32,000 bases of DNA from Candidatus Heimdallarchaeota archaeon (GTDB lineage Archaea > Asgardarchaeota > Heimdallarchaeia > Heimdallarchaeales > Heimdallarchaeaceae). A program made the translations under genes and the position numbers. The stretch covers positions 1 through 32,000 of the forward strand of contig DAOVER010000001.1 of assembly GCA_030668875.1 (NCBI GenBank), written 5' to 3'. Shown here piece after piece: positions 1 through 8,814 of this stretch. The notes below the pieces were generated by a model that worked only from the letters and a program-made list of their open reading frames with translations, was not told the DNA's origin and searched no databases. Position 1 is the stretch's first letter, and each line of letters starts with the position of its first letter.

Positions 1-1686
1 TACTCCCTTATCAATGGTACATCAGCAGATATTTTAGATGTTACTTTAACACAAATACTTGATACTTATGTTGTTTCAGTTTCCATTAACAGCAGTATTG
101 TTCCAGTTCAAAGTTTTCTAATAGAGCTTACTTTCTATAAAAATGGTTTTGAGAATCAAACCTGGATAATAACGATAATTGTGTCAATTCATCCAACAGC
201 TATTGATCCTTCTTCTCAAAATCAAGATACTATTTATGCTGATGAAGACAGTGAACTCACAATCATCTATGAGACTATAGAAGGAGATTTCATCCCTGGT
301 GCAGAAATGGATTATAATATTATTAATGGTACTTCAGCTGAAATTCTATCAGTTACCTATTCTCAAAGAACTGATAGTTATGTAATATCCGTTTATTTCG
401 ATGAAACTCTGATAGCTGGGAAGAACTTCACCATAGAGCTTACATTCTATAAACATGGTTTTGAAAATCAAACATGGATTATAAACATAAGTGTTTATGA
501 AAAGATAATCTATGAAATTAATGTGGAAATAGTTGGCACAGTCCAACAATTGAATACTATACAATTTCAAATATCTTTAGCGAATCTCTCCTTAGCAAAT
601 CTTCAAGCTTTATCATCAGTGGACATCAAATACGCTCCATCACCTGTTGGGGGTTTTGTTACTATTGACTATACATTTGTCTTCTCAAATGGAACAAGAG
701 TATCTTCTTCAATTCAAGTGGAAATAGGAAGTGACTATACTGGGTTATCCGAAGAGATATATATCCCTTGGATGGTAGGAGAAATTTTCTACAATGTCAC
801 TTACACTCCTACAAATGGGGCGGTTATAGAGTCTACTACTCTTAGCAACAATCCTGCTTTGCTTCCTATCTCACCTGATTTTGCTACTCTCTTAACCTAC
901 TTATTCCAAGAATTTACAGTATACATGGTTATAGGTTTAGCACTAATTGCTATCTTATTCATCACGTTGACAGTATATTTTGCCAAAATTAGACCTAAAA
1001 AACAAAGAAGAAAGGCAAAGAAGAAACGATACTTGGATAAAATTTCAAAGATTCTTACAAGTGTTCTATCATTGAGAAAAGTTATAGTGGTTCATAATGA
1101 GACTGGACTGCCTGTTTATGAATGGGATTTAGGTGGATCCATGACTGTAGATTCTTCTCTAGTGTCTGGCTTTTTACAAGCTGTATCAGGCATGGGTGGA
1201 GAAATAAGTGGTGGAGAAGCTCAAGCGATTCGTAAAATTGATTATGGACAATTCTGCGTTTCAAGTTCATCAACTGAAAACTTAACCATATATCTTTTCA
1301 GCACAAGTGATATCTCTGTTGATGTTGAAGAAGGTTTGGCTAGTTTCATTAGTTGGTTCACAAAGAAATTCCAAGGAACCTTAGGGGAACAATGGGATGG
1401 TGTTACTGATGTTTTTGACCAAGCTTCTAGAGCTATCATTGATAGACTCTCTGAAGACCTATTCGTCTGGACTCTTCATCCTCTCTCTGTTAATCCTGTA
1501 AAAGAAAATGACGTTGCAAAGTTAGATAGTTTTAGTCAGAAACTCTACAAATTCATTAAGGATTATAGGGAAGTGACTATTAGTGTCTCTCTTGAATACT
1601 TCAATAAATCTCCCATTGAAGAAACACTTTCGAAGCTGTTTGAACTAGTTGATAATGCTTTCATACTAAGAAAACGTCTGAGATAG
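1..1686 (+). CDS. Membrane-anchored surface glycoprotein, 5'-truncated: extracellular ~104-aa beta-rich repeats, single TM helix, cytoplasmic longin-like domain and probable C-terminal winged helix
   Basis: Frame 1 is open from base 1 (YSLINGTSADILDVT...), so the ORF-track start at 181 is not the true start. Internal repeat ELTFYKNGFENQTW (121-170) vs ELTFYKHGFENQTW (433-483). TM FTVYMVIGLALIAILFITLTVYFA is followed by basic KIRPKKQRRKAKKKR. Cytoplasmic motif KVIVVHNETGLPVY...DSSLVSGFLQAVSGMGGEI resembles Asgard longin-like domains. Confidence 0.75.
   Translation, partial: YSLINGTSADILDVTLTQILDTYVVSVSINSSIVPVQSFLIELTFYKNGFENQTWIITIIVSIHPTAIDPSSQNQDTIYADEDSELTIIYETIEGDFIPGAEMDYNIINGTSAEILSVTYSQRTDSYVISVYFDETLIAGKNFTIELTFYKHGFENQTWIINISVYEKIIYEINVEIVGTVQQLNTIQFQISLANLSLANLQALSSVDIKYAPSPVGGFVTIDYTFVFSNGTRVSSSIQVEIGSDYTGLSEEIYIPWMVGEIFYNVTYTPTNGAVIESTTLSNNPALLPISPDFATLLTYLFQEFTVYMVIGLALIAILFITLTVYFAKIRPKKQRRKAKKKRYLDKISKILTSVLSLRKVIVVHNETGLPVYEWDLGGSMTVDSSLVSGFLQAVSGMGGEISGGEAQAIRKIDYGQFCVSSSSTENLTIYLFSTSDISVDVEEGLASFISWFTKKFQGTLGEQWDGVTDVFDQASRAIIDRLSEDLFVWTLHPLSVNPVKENDVAKLDSFSQKLYKFIKDYREVTISVSLEYFNKSPIEETLSKLFELVDNAFILRKRLR
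121..483 (+). repeat. Intragenic diverged direct repeat, 312-bp (104-aa) period
   Basis: atagagcttactttctataaaaatggttttgagaatcaaacctggat at 121 vs atagagcttacattctataaacatggttttgaaaatcaaacatggat at 433. The upstream motif INGTSA(D/E)IL also recurs with the same 312-bp offset. Confidence 0.85.
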
Positions 1687-1736
1687 GTGAAAAGAGTAAA
1701 CATAAAAGGGCTTCATTACATAATTTCTTGGGTATT

Positions 1737-2477
1737 ATGAACGAACAATCCACCTGGAAAAATTATGCTCTCCTTTTTGATATGGATGGTGTTATTCTTA
1801 GTTTAAAATCTAGATGGATTGATCCATTAGAGAAAATAATCTCAACTATCAAACCAGATTATAACAGGGCTGCAATTGAAGAGAAAAGCTCCTCTTTACT
1901 TTTAGTACATGGTGGTAGAAGTAGCACGTTTATGCTTAGAGGTATAATCCAAGTTTGTCAAGTTTGTGGTCTTAATCGCCTTCAAACCGCAAGAGTGATG
2001 TTCCGCTTAGGTTTAATGCTCATATCTAGAAAAAAGTTCAGAATTGTGCCTCTTAATGGTGTATTTGAGACCCTTCAATATCTTAAAAACCAAGGATTCA
2101 ATTTAGCTTTAGTTACATCTGCTACAAGATTCACTACTCGCGCTCTGAAAAAATATTTTCCTGACATTTACAATAAATTTGATTGTATTTACACAAGAAA
2201 TGATGTAAAGTTAACCAAACCTAACCCTGATCAACTCTTACTTGCTTTGAATGCTCTCAATATAGAGAAAGATAAAGCAGCAATTGTAGGTGATTTCATA
2301 ACAGATATAATGGCAGGAAAAGGAGCTGGAATAAAGACAATTGCTATTTTAGGTGAGTATCCAGAAGTGAATCGGTTTCCCTTGGAAAGTGTAGAACCTC
2401 ACATTATAATCAATGATATAACCGAAATCCCGAATATACTTCTACAAATTTTTCATCAAAACCTTCTTACTATTTGA
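1737..2477 (+). CDS. HAD-superfamily hydrolase (phosphoglycolate phosphatase-like, subfamily IA)
   Basis: Motif I LLFDMDGVI, motif II LVTS, motif III KPNPD, motif IV GDFITDIMAG. ATG at 1737 is preferred over TTG at 1728. Confidence 0.9.
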   Translation: MNEQSTWKNYALLFDMDGVILSLKSRWIDPLEKIISTIKPDYNRAAIEEKSSSLLLVHGGRSSTFMLRGIIQVCQVCGLNRLQTARVMFRLGLMLISRKKFRIVPLNGVFETLQYLKNQGFNLALVTSATRFTTRALKKYFPDIYNKFDCIYTRNDVKLTKPNPDQLLLALNALNIEKDKAAIVGDFITDIMAGKGAGIKTIAILGEYPEVNRFPLESVEPHIIINDITEIPNILLQIFHQNLLTI

Positions 2478-2543
2478 ATTTCTGAAAAAAACATAAATAA
2501 GGAAAACTTCAAAAATAGTATTGAAACGGGTTGTTAGACATAC

Positions 2544-3032
2544 ATGAAACACAACTTTCGATTTCCGGAACAGTATCAATATCAATCTACTTCAGTTTGG
2601 TTAGAAGATATAGGCAGAGGCATATTCAAACTTGGAATAACAGACTATGCACAGTATGTTCTTGATGATATTATCTCAATTACTTTTCCTGAAACAGGAT
2701 ATATAATAGAGAAAGACGAGGAATTGGCCTCAATTGATTCAATTGAAGATACTTTAGTCATTATGTCTCCAATTGGAGGTAAAATCACAGAGATTAATGA
2801 AGAATTAAGACAATCTCCAGAACTTTTAAATGAAAGTCCATTCGAAGATGGTTGGATTTTAATAATTGAAGTCAGTTCGGAGGATGATTTGGATCAATTG
2901 TATGATATAAATGAAATCTTAGATCAACATCAAGAAGAGCTCGCGGACGGTGGCTTTGTTGATGAAGAAAAAGATTTTGATGAAGATTCATATGAGGATT
3001 TAGAAGGTTCTACATCTGATTCAGACTATTAA
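2544..3032 (+). CDS. Glycine cleavage H-like (lipoyl-domain fold) protein lacking the lipoyl lysine, with acidic C-terminal tail
   Basis: GITDYAQ, SPIGGKITEINEEL and PELLNESPFEDGWI match GcvH. The canonical ES-V-K site reads DS-I-E (GAA at 2745-2747). Confidence 0.85.
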   Translation: MKHNFRFPEQYQYQSTSVWLEDIGRGIFKLGITDYAQYVLDDIISITFPETGYIIEKDEELASIDSIEDTLVIMSPIGGKITEINEELRQSPELLNESPFEDGWILIIEVSSEDDLDQLYDINEILDQHQEELADGGFVDEEKDFDEDSYEDLEGSTSDSDY

Positions 3033-3222
3033 ATCTATTTCACTAACCTCTCAATTATCTTGAGTTAGAAACTCTTATATAATTTCGTGATTAAAAAACA
3101 TTAAACAAAACTTGATGGGGCGTATCGTGACTTGGAATTTCTATAACTTCTTCTGAAAACCCCCAGCTAAACAAGTTAACAGTAATTATTTTTTTAAACT
3201 ATGTAACTAGGAGAGGTAAACA

Positions 3223-4713
3223 ATGAGTAATTTAGAAGATAAAGTAGCTTTACCACCTGAAGCCATCAACTTGTATAAAAAAATTAGTTCTTTAAAAGAA
3301 ATTTCTATGAAAGAACTTGAGAAAGAAATGCAACTTGATCGCGGAAAAATGGAATATTTTCTTTCTTTCTTAATTTCAAATGCACTTGTAGAACGAACCA
3401 CAACAGTTAATCAAAAGTATGTATTGACAGATGCTGGAAAACAAGCTGCAGAGAAAGGATTGATTGAAAGACTGATTGTAACTGCACTTTTGAATAAACA
3501 ATCGCTCAATTTCAGCGAACTAGCGAAAATCTTAGAATGCGATAAACAGGAAATGAATGCGGGTATAGGATATTTGAAGAAACTAGGATTACTTCAAATC
3601 ATCCAAGGTAAACTGTCTTTGCTTGATGATAAAACTAAAATAAACGAAGCTATGCAAGAAGTGTTAAAAGAGCTATTAAAAGGCAATGAAGTAGACATAA
3701 CTCAACATCAAAAAGAATTGATTCAAAGAAATCTTGTTTTTGTTGATGAAATTAGGGATTCAATTTTAAAAACCACAATTCCTTATTCCAAGAGCAAATC
3801 AATGATTACAGAATCTGTTGATATAAGTCGCTTAACACCTGCAATGATAAGAGATGGGTCATGGAAGACAACAAAACTAAGATCTTACAATCTTGATGGT
3901 GCTCCCCCCAAATATTATCCTGGTAGAAAACAACCATATGCGCAGTTTCTTGATGAAGTAAAACAAAAACTCGCTGCATTTGGGTTTCAAGAAATGCGTG
4001 GTCCCATAGTTGAATTAGAATACTGGAATTTTGACGCTCTTTTTCAAGCACAAGATCATCCTGCTCGAGAATGGTCTGATGTATACAGAGTTGCTAATCC
4101 AAAGCTAGGAGAACTTCCTAAAGAGAATCATGTCAAACTCGTTCAGAAAGCTCATGAGGATGGGTATGATACTGGAAGTAAAGGATGGAGATACAAATGG
4201 TCTCCTGAAAAAAGCGCAAGGTTAGTTCTTAGAGCACAAGGAACATCAGTAAGTGCAAGAACCTTAGCTAATCTTGCTGTACCCTCAAAATACTTCAGCA
4301 TTTCACGATGTTTTCGACCAGATACTGTTGATGTAACTCACCTTTCTGAATTTAATCAAGCTGAAGGTATTGTTGCGGATACGTCTATAACATTCAGAGA
4401 CTTGTTGGGGATATTGGAAACTTTTGCTCTAGATATTGCAGAAACTGATAAATTTTTTTTCAAACCTGATTATTATCCTTTCACAGAACCTTCTGTCGAG
4501 CTTAGTGTTAGAGATCCCAAATTGGGCAACATTGAATTTGGTGGAGCTGGAATCTTTCGACCAGAAGTTGTTAGACCATTCAATATTGACGTTCCTGTTA
4601 TTGCATGGGGATTAGGTATTGATAGACTCTTCATGGTGAAATATGGAATAACTGATATAAGAGAATTATTCAGTCATAAAATGGAGTGGTTACGCTCAGC
4701 AAAGATGTCTTAA
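3223..4713 (+). CDS. pheS: Phenylalanine--tRNA ligase alpha subunit (archaeal/eukaryotic type with N-terminal winged helices)
   Basis: WNFDALFQAQDHPARE, RCFRPD, HLSEFNQAEG, YYPFTEPS, EFGGAGIFRPEV, AWGLGIDRL. SD-like ggagaggt precedes the ATG. Confidence 0.98.
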   Translation: MSNLEDKVALPPEAINLYKKISSLKEISMKELEKEMQLDRGKMEYFLSFLISNALVERTTTVNQKYVLTDAGKQAAEKGLIERLIVTALLNKQSLNFSELAKILECDKQEMNAGIGYLKKLGLLQIIQGKLSLLDDKTKINEAMQEVLKELLKGNEVDITQHQKELIQRNLVFVDEIRDSILKTTIPYSKSKSMITESVDISRLTPAMIRDGSWKTTKLRSYNLDGAPPKYYPGRKQPYAQFLDEVKQKLAAFGFQEMRGPIVELEYWNFDALFQAQDHPAREWSDVYRVANPKLGELPKENHVKLVQKAHEDGYDTGSKGWRYKWSPEKSARLVLRAQGTSVSARTLANLAVPSKYFSISRCFRPDTVDVTHLSEFNQAEGIVADTSITFRDLLGILETFALDIAETDKFFFKPDYYPFTEPSVELSVRDPKLGNIEFGGAGIFRPEVVRPFNIDVPVIAWGLGIDRLFMVKYGITDIRELFSHKMEWLRSAKMS

Positions 4714-4722
4714 GGTGATATT

Positions 4723-6417
4723 ATGGTTTCAATAAAAACAAGTTATACAAAGATGAAAGAATTACTTGGGATAGATGTTACTATCGAAGAATTAGATGAT
4801 CTTCTAGCATTTGCAAAGTCAGAAATCGATGATTTTGTAGAAGAGGAAGATATGCTAGTAATTGACATAAAAACTAGTAACAGGCCTGATCTATGGTGTC
4901 CTGAGGGAATGATAAGAGAAATCAAAGGCATTCTTGAGCAAGAAGCTGGAATTCCTCAATATGAAGTCAAAAAAAGTGACTATAAAGTAGTTGTAGATTC
5001 AGCGCTTGCATCTACTCGTCCATACATCGCATGTGCTATAGCAAAGAATCTTGACCTAACTGATTATTCGATCAAACAGCTAATGCAACAGTCAGAGAAA
5101 ATTGATAACTCTTATGGAAGAAAACGAAAACGTTCCTCTATTGGAATGTATAACCTTTCAATGATTGAATCACCAATTGAATACAAGGTAATTGATAAAT
5201 CACACAAATTCGTGCCTTTAGAGCATGAAGAAGAAATGGACTTGCCAACAATATTGGAAGAACATGAGAAAGGGCTTGAATTTGGTGATATTGTGAAAGG
5301 ATACGGACATTACCCAATCCTTCTTTCAGCTAATGGTACAACTCTTTCTCTCCCTCCTGTGATAAATAGTAACGATGTAGGAAGAATAACTGAAGATACC
5401 AAAGAATTTCTCATTGAAGTAACTGGAACAAATTACGAAACAGTTAATGTTGTTCTCAATATACTATGTCAAACCATGGTGGAATATGGTTCAGATATCT
5501 ATAGTGTTGAGATAGTCTACCCTTCAGAAATCAGAAAAGAAAATGATATAACTCCACTTCTAGAGAAGGAAGAAATAACTGTTAATTTGGACAAGATTAA
5601 CAAATATCTAGGTGTCAAACTAACTTCTGATGAAGGAATAGAAAAATTAAGGAAAAGAAGATTTGAATGTAAAACCATTGGCAAGACCAATCTTGAAGTG
5701 AAAATTCCACCTTACCGAAAGGATATTTTACACTGGGTAGATATAGCAGAAGAAATTGCTATAGCTTTAGATTACAATAAAATCGGTGTAACAAAATGGA
5801 AAGTTATTACTAAAGGAGGGCTTCTACCAGAAACTGAAAGCGAAAATAAGGTGCGAAATATTCTAGTAGGCTCTGGAGGTATCGAGATATTCTCTAATAT
5901 ACTAACTGATCCAGAAATATTGACAACCAATGTTAATATGACGAAAGTAGATTTAGTCAACCTGCAAAATCCTGTTAGTTTAACATACAGTGTGTTAAGA
6001 GACAAACTTTTTCCTCTCTTAATCAGTGTTCTGTCAAAAAATACACATGAAACCTATCCTCAATCAATTTTTGAAGTTGGTGAGGTTGTTAAGATTCTAG
6101 GTAAAAGAGTTCTAACTCAGACGAATGCGTCTTATGGTTTTGCAGGAGCAGAGGCTAGCTTCGAAGATGTTCATAAGCGATTACACATGATGCTAGATCT
6201 GTTAGATACAGAGTACAAAATCGAATCGATATCACACCCAGCTTTTACAGAAGGGAGAAGTGGCAAAATAATAATTGCTGAAAAAGAATGTGGTATTATT
6301 GGAGAGATTCATCCTAGTGTGTTGGAGCTGAACCAAATTTGGGTTCCAGTTGTTGTCTTCGAAATCCAATTACCCTATATACCTACATTGAACTGTAAAA
6401 AGAAATTCACTGATTAA
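4723..6417 (+). CDS. pheT: Phenylalanine--tRNA ligase beta subunit (archaeal type)
   Basis: NRPDLWCPEGMIREIKG, RPYIACA, LSLPPVINS, PPYRKDILHWVDIAEEIAIA, NPVSLTYSVLR, GEIHPSVL. Directly follows pheS; SD aggtga. Confidence 0.97.
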   Translation: MVSIKTSYTKMKELLGIDVTIEELDDLLAFAKSEIDDFVEEEDMLVIDIKTSNRPDLWCPEGMIREIKGILEQEAGIPQYEVKKSDYKVVVDSALASTRPYIACAIAKNLDLTDYSIKQLMQQSEKIDNSYGRKRKRSSIGMYNLSMIESPIEYKVIDKSHKFVPLEHEEEMDLPTILEEHEKGLEFGDIVKGYGHYPILLSANGTTLSLPPVINSNDVGRITEDTKEFLIEVTGTNYETVNVVLNILCQTMVEYGSDIYSVEIVYPSEIRKENDITPLLEKEEITVNLDKINKYLGVKLTSDEGIEKLRKRRFECKTIGKTNLEVKIPPYRKDILHWVDIAEEIAIALDYNKIGVTKWKVITKGGLLPETESENKVRNILVGSGGIEIFSNILTDPEILTTNVNMTKVDLVNLQNPVSLTYSVLRDKLFPLLISVLSKNTHETYPQSIFEVGEVVKILGKRVLTQTNASYGFAGAEASFEDVHKRLHMMLDLLDTEYKIESISHPAFTEGRSGKIIIAEKECGIIGEIHPSVLELNQIWVPVVVFEIQLPYIPTLNCKKKFTD

Positions 6418-7366
6418 TCGGAAGTTTTGTCTTCTTCTTTTTCTTTTCTACTTTTTTCTCTTGTTTATCAAGTACTACTATTCTCTCCCAGACTTTATCC
6501 ATAATTTTTTTCAATGCCTCACCACTCTCGGATGTTTCAATTATTGGGATTTTCGCTTTCGTTGCTTCTTCAACAAGGTAAGTTTGAATATTCCTAATTT
6601 CAGAAAAGGCATCAATATACCGTTCAGATTTTCTAAATTCTACTTCGGTGCCTCTCGCTTTGATTCTTCTTTTATGTTCCTCTTTCTCTTCGAGATATAA
6701 GAGAATCATTATAACATGAGCTTCTGCTAATACTGAAGGATCTAGTATATTTGGTGCTAAGTGAACACCTTCAATGATTGAATTTTCTCTAGAATAAAGA
6801 GCAGTTTGAATTGCAGATTCTACTCCAACAATAACATGACGACATTGTTCCTCATATCCTACTATTGATTGTCTCAGAATAGGATTAATTTTAGGTTTCA
6901 ACATTTTGTAAGCTTCATAGCTGCTTGAATGAAGCTCTGGGATTAGTTTTGCTGAAATAGTTTGTCTAAGAACTTGTCTTATCATATCTGTTCCTATAAT
7001 GTGTGAGATTTCTAATCTTTGGGATAACTGTGAAGCTATAGTACTCTTTCCAATACCTGGAACTCCAGCAAGCAAAATGATAATTGGTTTATAACTTTGC
7101 TCTCCCTCAAATACGCTATATCTCTCTGCCATTTTAGGATCAAAATTATTAATTTCGGAAGTTATAATATGAACTAGCTTTTCTTTATCTATGGGATCTG
7201 AAGCCTCACTAACAATATGTTCCACTTTACTCGCTATTTCAAAAATGAGGTTGGAATCCATACCAATAGAATGTAAAGAAGTTGACAATATGCCCTTTGA
7301 GAAATACTCGTACCTATCCTTTCTAAGTCGAATTTTAAGGAAATTATCAAGTTGATCTACATTCAT
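6407..7366 (-). CDS. 2-phosphoglycerate kinase family protein (ATP-cone + P-loop), paralog 1
   Basis: N-terminal FSKGILSTSL ATP-cone-like segment, LLAGVPGIGKST Walker A, IIGTDMIRQVLR, PELHSSSY, IIEGVHLAP. Basic C-terminal tail. Confidence 0.85.
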   Translation of the reverse strand: MNVDQLDNFLKIRLRKDRYEYFSKGILSTSLHSIGMDSNLIFEIASKVEHIVSEASDPIDKEKLVHIITSEINNFDPKMAERYSVFEGEQSYKPIIILLAGVPGIGKSTIASQLSQRLEISHIIGTDMIRQVLRQTISAKLIPELHSSSYEAYKMLKPKINPILRQSIVGYEEQCRHVIVGVESAIQTALYSRENSIIEGVHLAPNILDPSVLAEAHVIMILLYLEEKEEHKRRIKARGTEVEFRKSERYIDAFSEIRNIQTYLVEEATKAKIPIIETSESGEALKKIMDKVWERIVVLDKQEKKVEKKKKKTKLPINQ

Positions 7367-7534
7367 ATTAACCTAAATTATTAATTCATTCTAATAATAT
7401 AACTGTTTCTTAGAGGAATTTATTTTATGAAATATTATTCTGTTCCTTTCTTCTTTCACTATCCGGTGCTTTTAAATAGGAATCTGAGTAGTATTTTAAT
7501 AACGCTGAATTGAGAAAATAGAAGGTACAATTTT

Positions 7535-8431
7535 ATGGAAGCAGAACGTCAAATATTTATCAAAGATAGAGACAAAAGATTATTTTCTCGAGGAATATTA
7601 GCTAAAAAACTTAGGTTGTTAGGAATTCCTTCTTCAACTGGTTATGAAATTTCTATTCAAGTATATAATGAGATCTCTAAACCTCAAGAAACAACCATTG
7701 AAAAAGAAGAACTTGATAACATTGTTTTTGATATTCTCGAATCCAATTATAACAAAGAATGCGCAGATAAGTATTTGCTTGTTGAAAGGTGGAAAACATC
7801 AAACATACCTTTATGGATTCTCATTGCGGGGGCAATAGGCGTTGGAAAAAGCACTCTATCACAGAAAATTGCTGGTGACCTTAACATTCAACATGTTGTA
7901 GGAACCGATGTAGTGAGAGACATTTTACGGAAAATATTATCAGTTGAAGTTATGCCAGAATTACATTCGCCCTCTTATAGTGCTTATAAGACTCTGCGAC
8001 CTATTTATAGTAGTAGATTTGAGGAAGTGATACTAGGTTTTGAAAATCATTCTAAATATGTTAATCTGGGTGTCGAAGCTGTACTTTCGAGAGCATCTAC
8101 TGAATCTGTATCTATCGTAATTGAAGGAGAACATCTTCTACCCGCTTTGCTTGATGAAGACATTCTCTCACAAACAAATGTATTATATATGACAATTTCA
8201 GTTCCCGACCCCTTGTTACATAAGGAAAATCTAAGTTCACAGTACACAAAAGAAAAGGATGTTTTAATTAGTCATTTTCATGATATAAGAAAAATACACG
8301 AACACATCGTTAGTGAAACACGAATTCGAAAGTTACCTATTGTTGAAACTAGTAAAGATTTAAACCCACTAGATACCGTAAGAAAACTTGTCGTAGACAA
8401 AATCGTTTCTATGGTTACAACTAAATCGTAA
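7535..8431 (+). CDS. 2-phosphoglycerate kinase family protein (ATP-cone + P-loop), paralog 2
   Basis: LFSRGILAKKL, LIAGAIGVGKST, VVGTDVVRDILR, PELHSPSY, IVIEGEHLLP. Colinear with the paralog at 6407-7366. Confidence 0.85.
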   Translation: MEAERQIFIKDRDKRLFSRGILAKKLRLLGIPSSTGYEISIQVYNEISKPQETTIEKEELDNIVFDILESNYNKECADKYLLVERWKTSNIPLWILIAGAIGVGKSTLSQKIAGDLNIQHVVGTDVVRDILRKILSVEVMPELHSPSYSAYKTLRPIYSSRFEEVILGFENHSKYVNLGVEAVLSRASTESVSIVIEGEHLLPALLDEDILSQTNVLYMTISVPDPLLHKENLSSQYTKEKDVLISHFHDIRKIHEHIVSETRIRKLPIVETSKDLNPLDTVRKLVVDKIVSMVTTKS

Positions 8432-8455
8432 TTCTTTAAAACTCATTTGAATAAA

Positions 8456-8521
8456 TAGCATAGCCAATGATGTAGTTGCAACGATCTGAAGAATGATGAT
8501 CGACTTTTGGCTGAGGCGCTA
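8456..8521 (+). ncRNA. Box C/D guide sRNA (2'-O-methylation guide)
   Basis: C box ATGATGT 8467-8473; 12-nt guide AGTTGCAACGAT; D' CTGA 8486-8489; C' ATGATGA 8493-8499; 11-nt guide TCGACTTTTGG; D CTGA 8511-8514. Terminal stem GCC (8463-65)/GGC (8515-17), extended by TAGC/GCTA. Wholly intergenic. Confidence 0.8.
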
Positions 8522-8533
8522 AATGTGATTTGA

Positions 8534-8809
8534 ATGACAAAATACTGTTATATCCATGAATCAACAGAATCTTTCAAAGAGTGTGATGGTTGTGGGGCCG
8601 ATATTTGTCATGATTGTGCTGAGACTTACTGGCATACTAATGCGATTTCTTCAATGTTTTTACCAAAAAAAACAGAAGAACAGAAATTAATTTTATGTCC
8701 AAAATGCTTGAAAAAGGCAAAACGTAAAAATGCATGCATGACTTCCTTCTTATTGATTATGGTTATTGGTTTTATCGGTCTAACTATTCTTCTAGCTCGT
8801 TCAGGATAG
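8534..8809 (+). CDS. Small B-box-like zinc-finger protein with C-terminal TM anchor
   Basis: C-x2-H-x8-C-x2-C-x4-C-x2-C (CYIH...CDGC...CHDC), a later CPKC, then hydrophobic CMTSFLLIMVIGFIGLTILLA. Confidence 0.65.
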   Translation: MTKYCYIHESTESFKECDGCGADICHDCAETYWHTNAISSMFLPKKTEEQKLILCPKCLKKAKRKNACMTSFLLIMVIGFIGLTILLARSG

Positions 8810-8814
8810 AGCGG

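Noticed and set aside
3112-3166. Possible second box C/D sRNA or hairpin upstream of pheS (TTGATGG...CTGA; TGGGG/CCCCA)
   Set aside because: The C box is degenerate, there is no convincing internal D'/C' pair, and the stem is only 5 bp.
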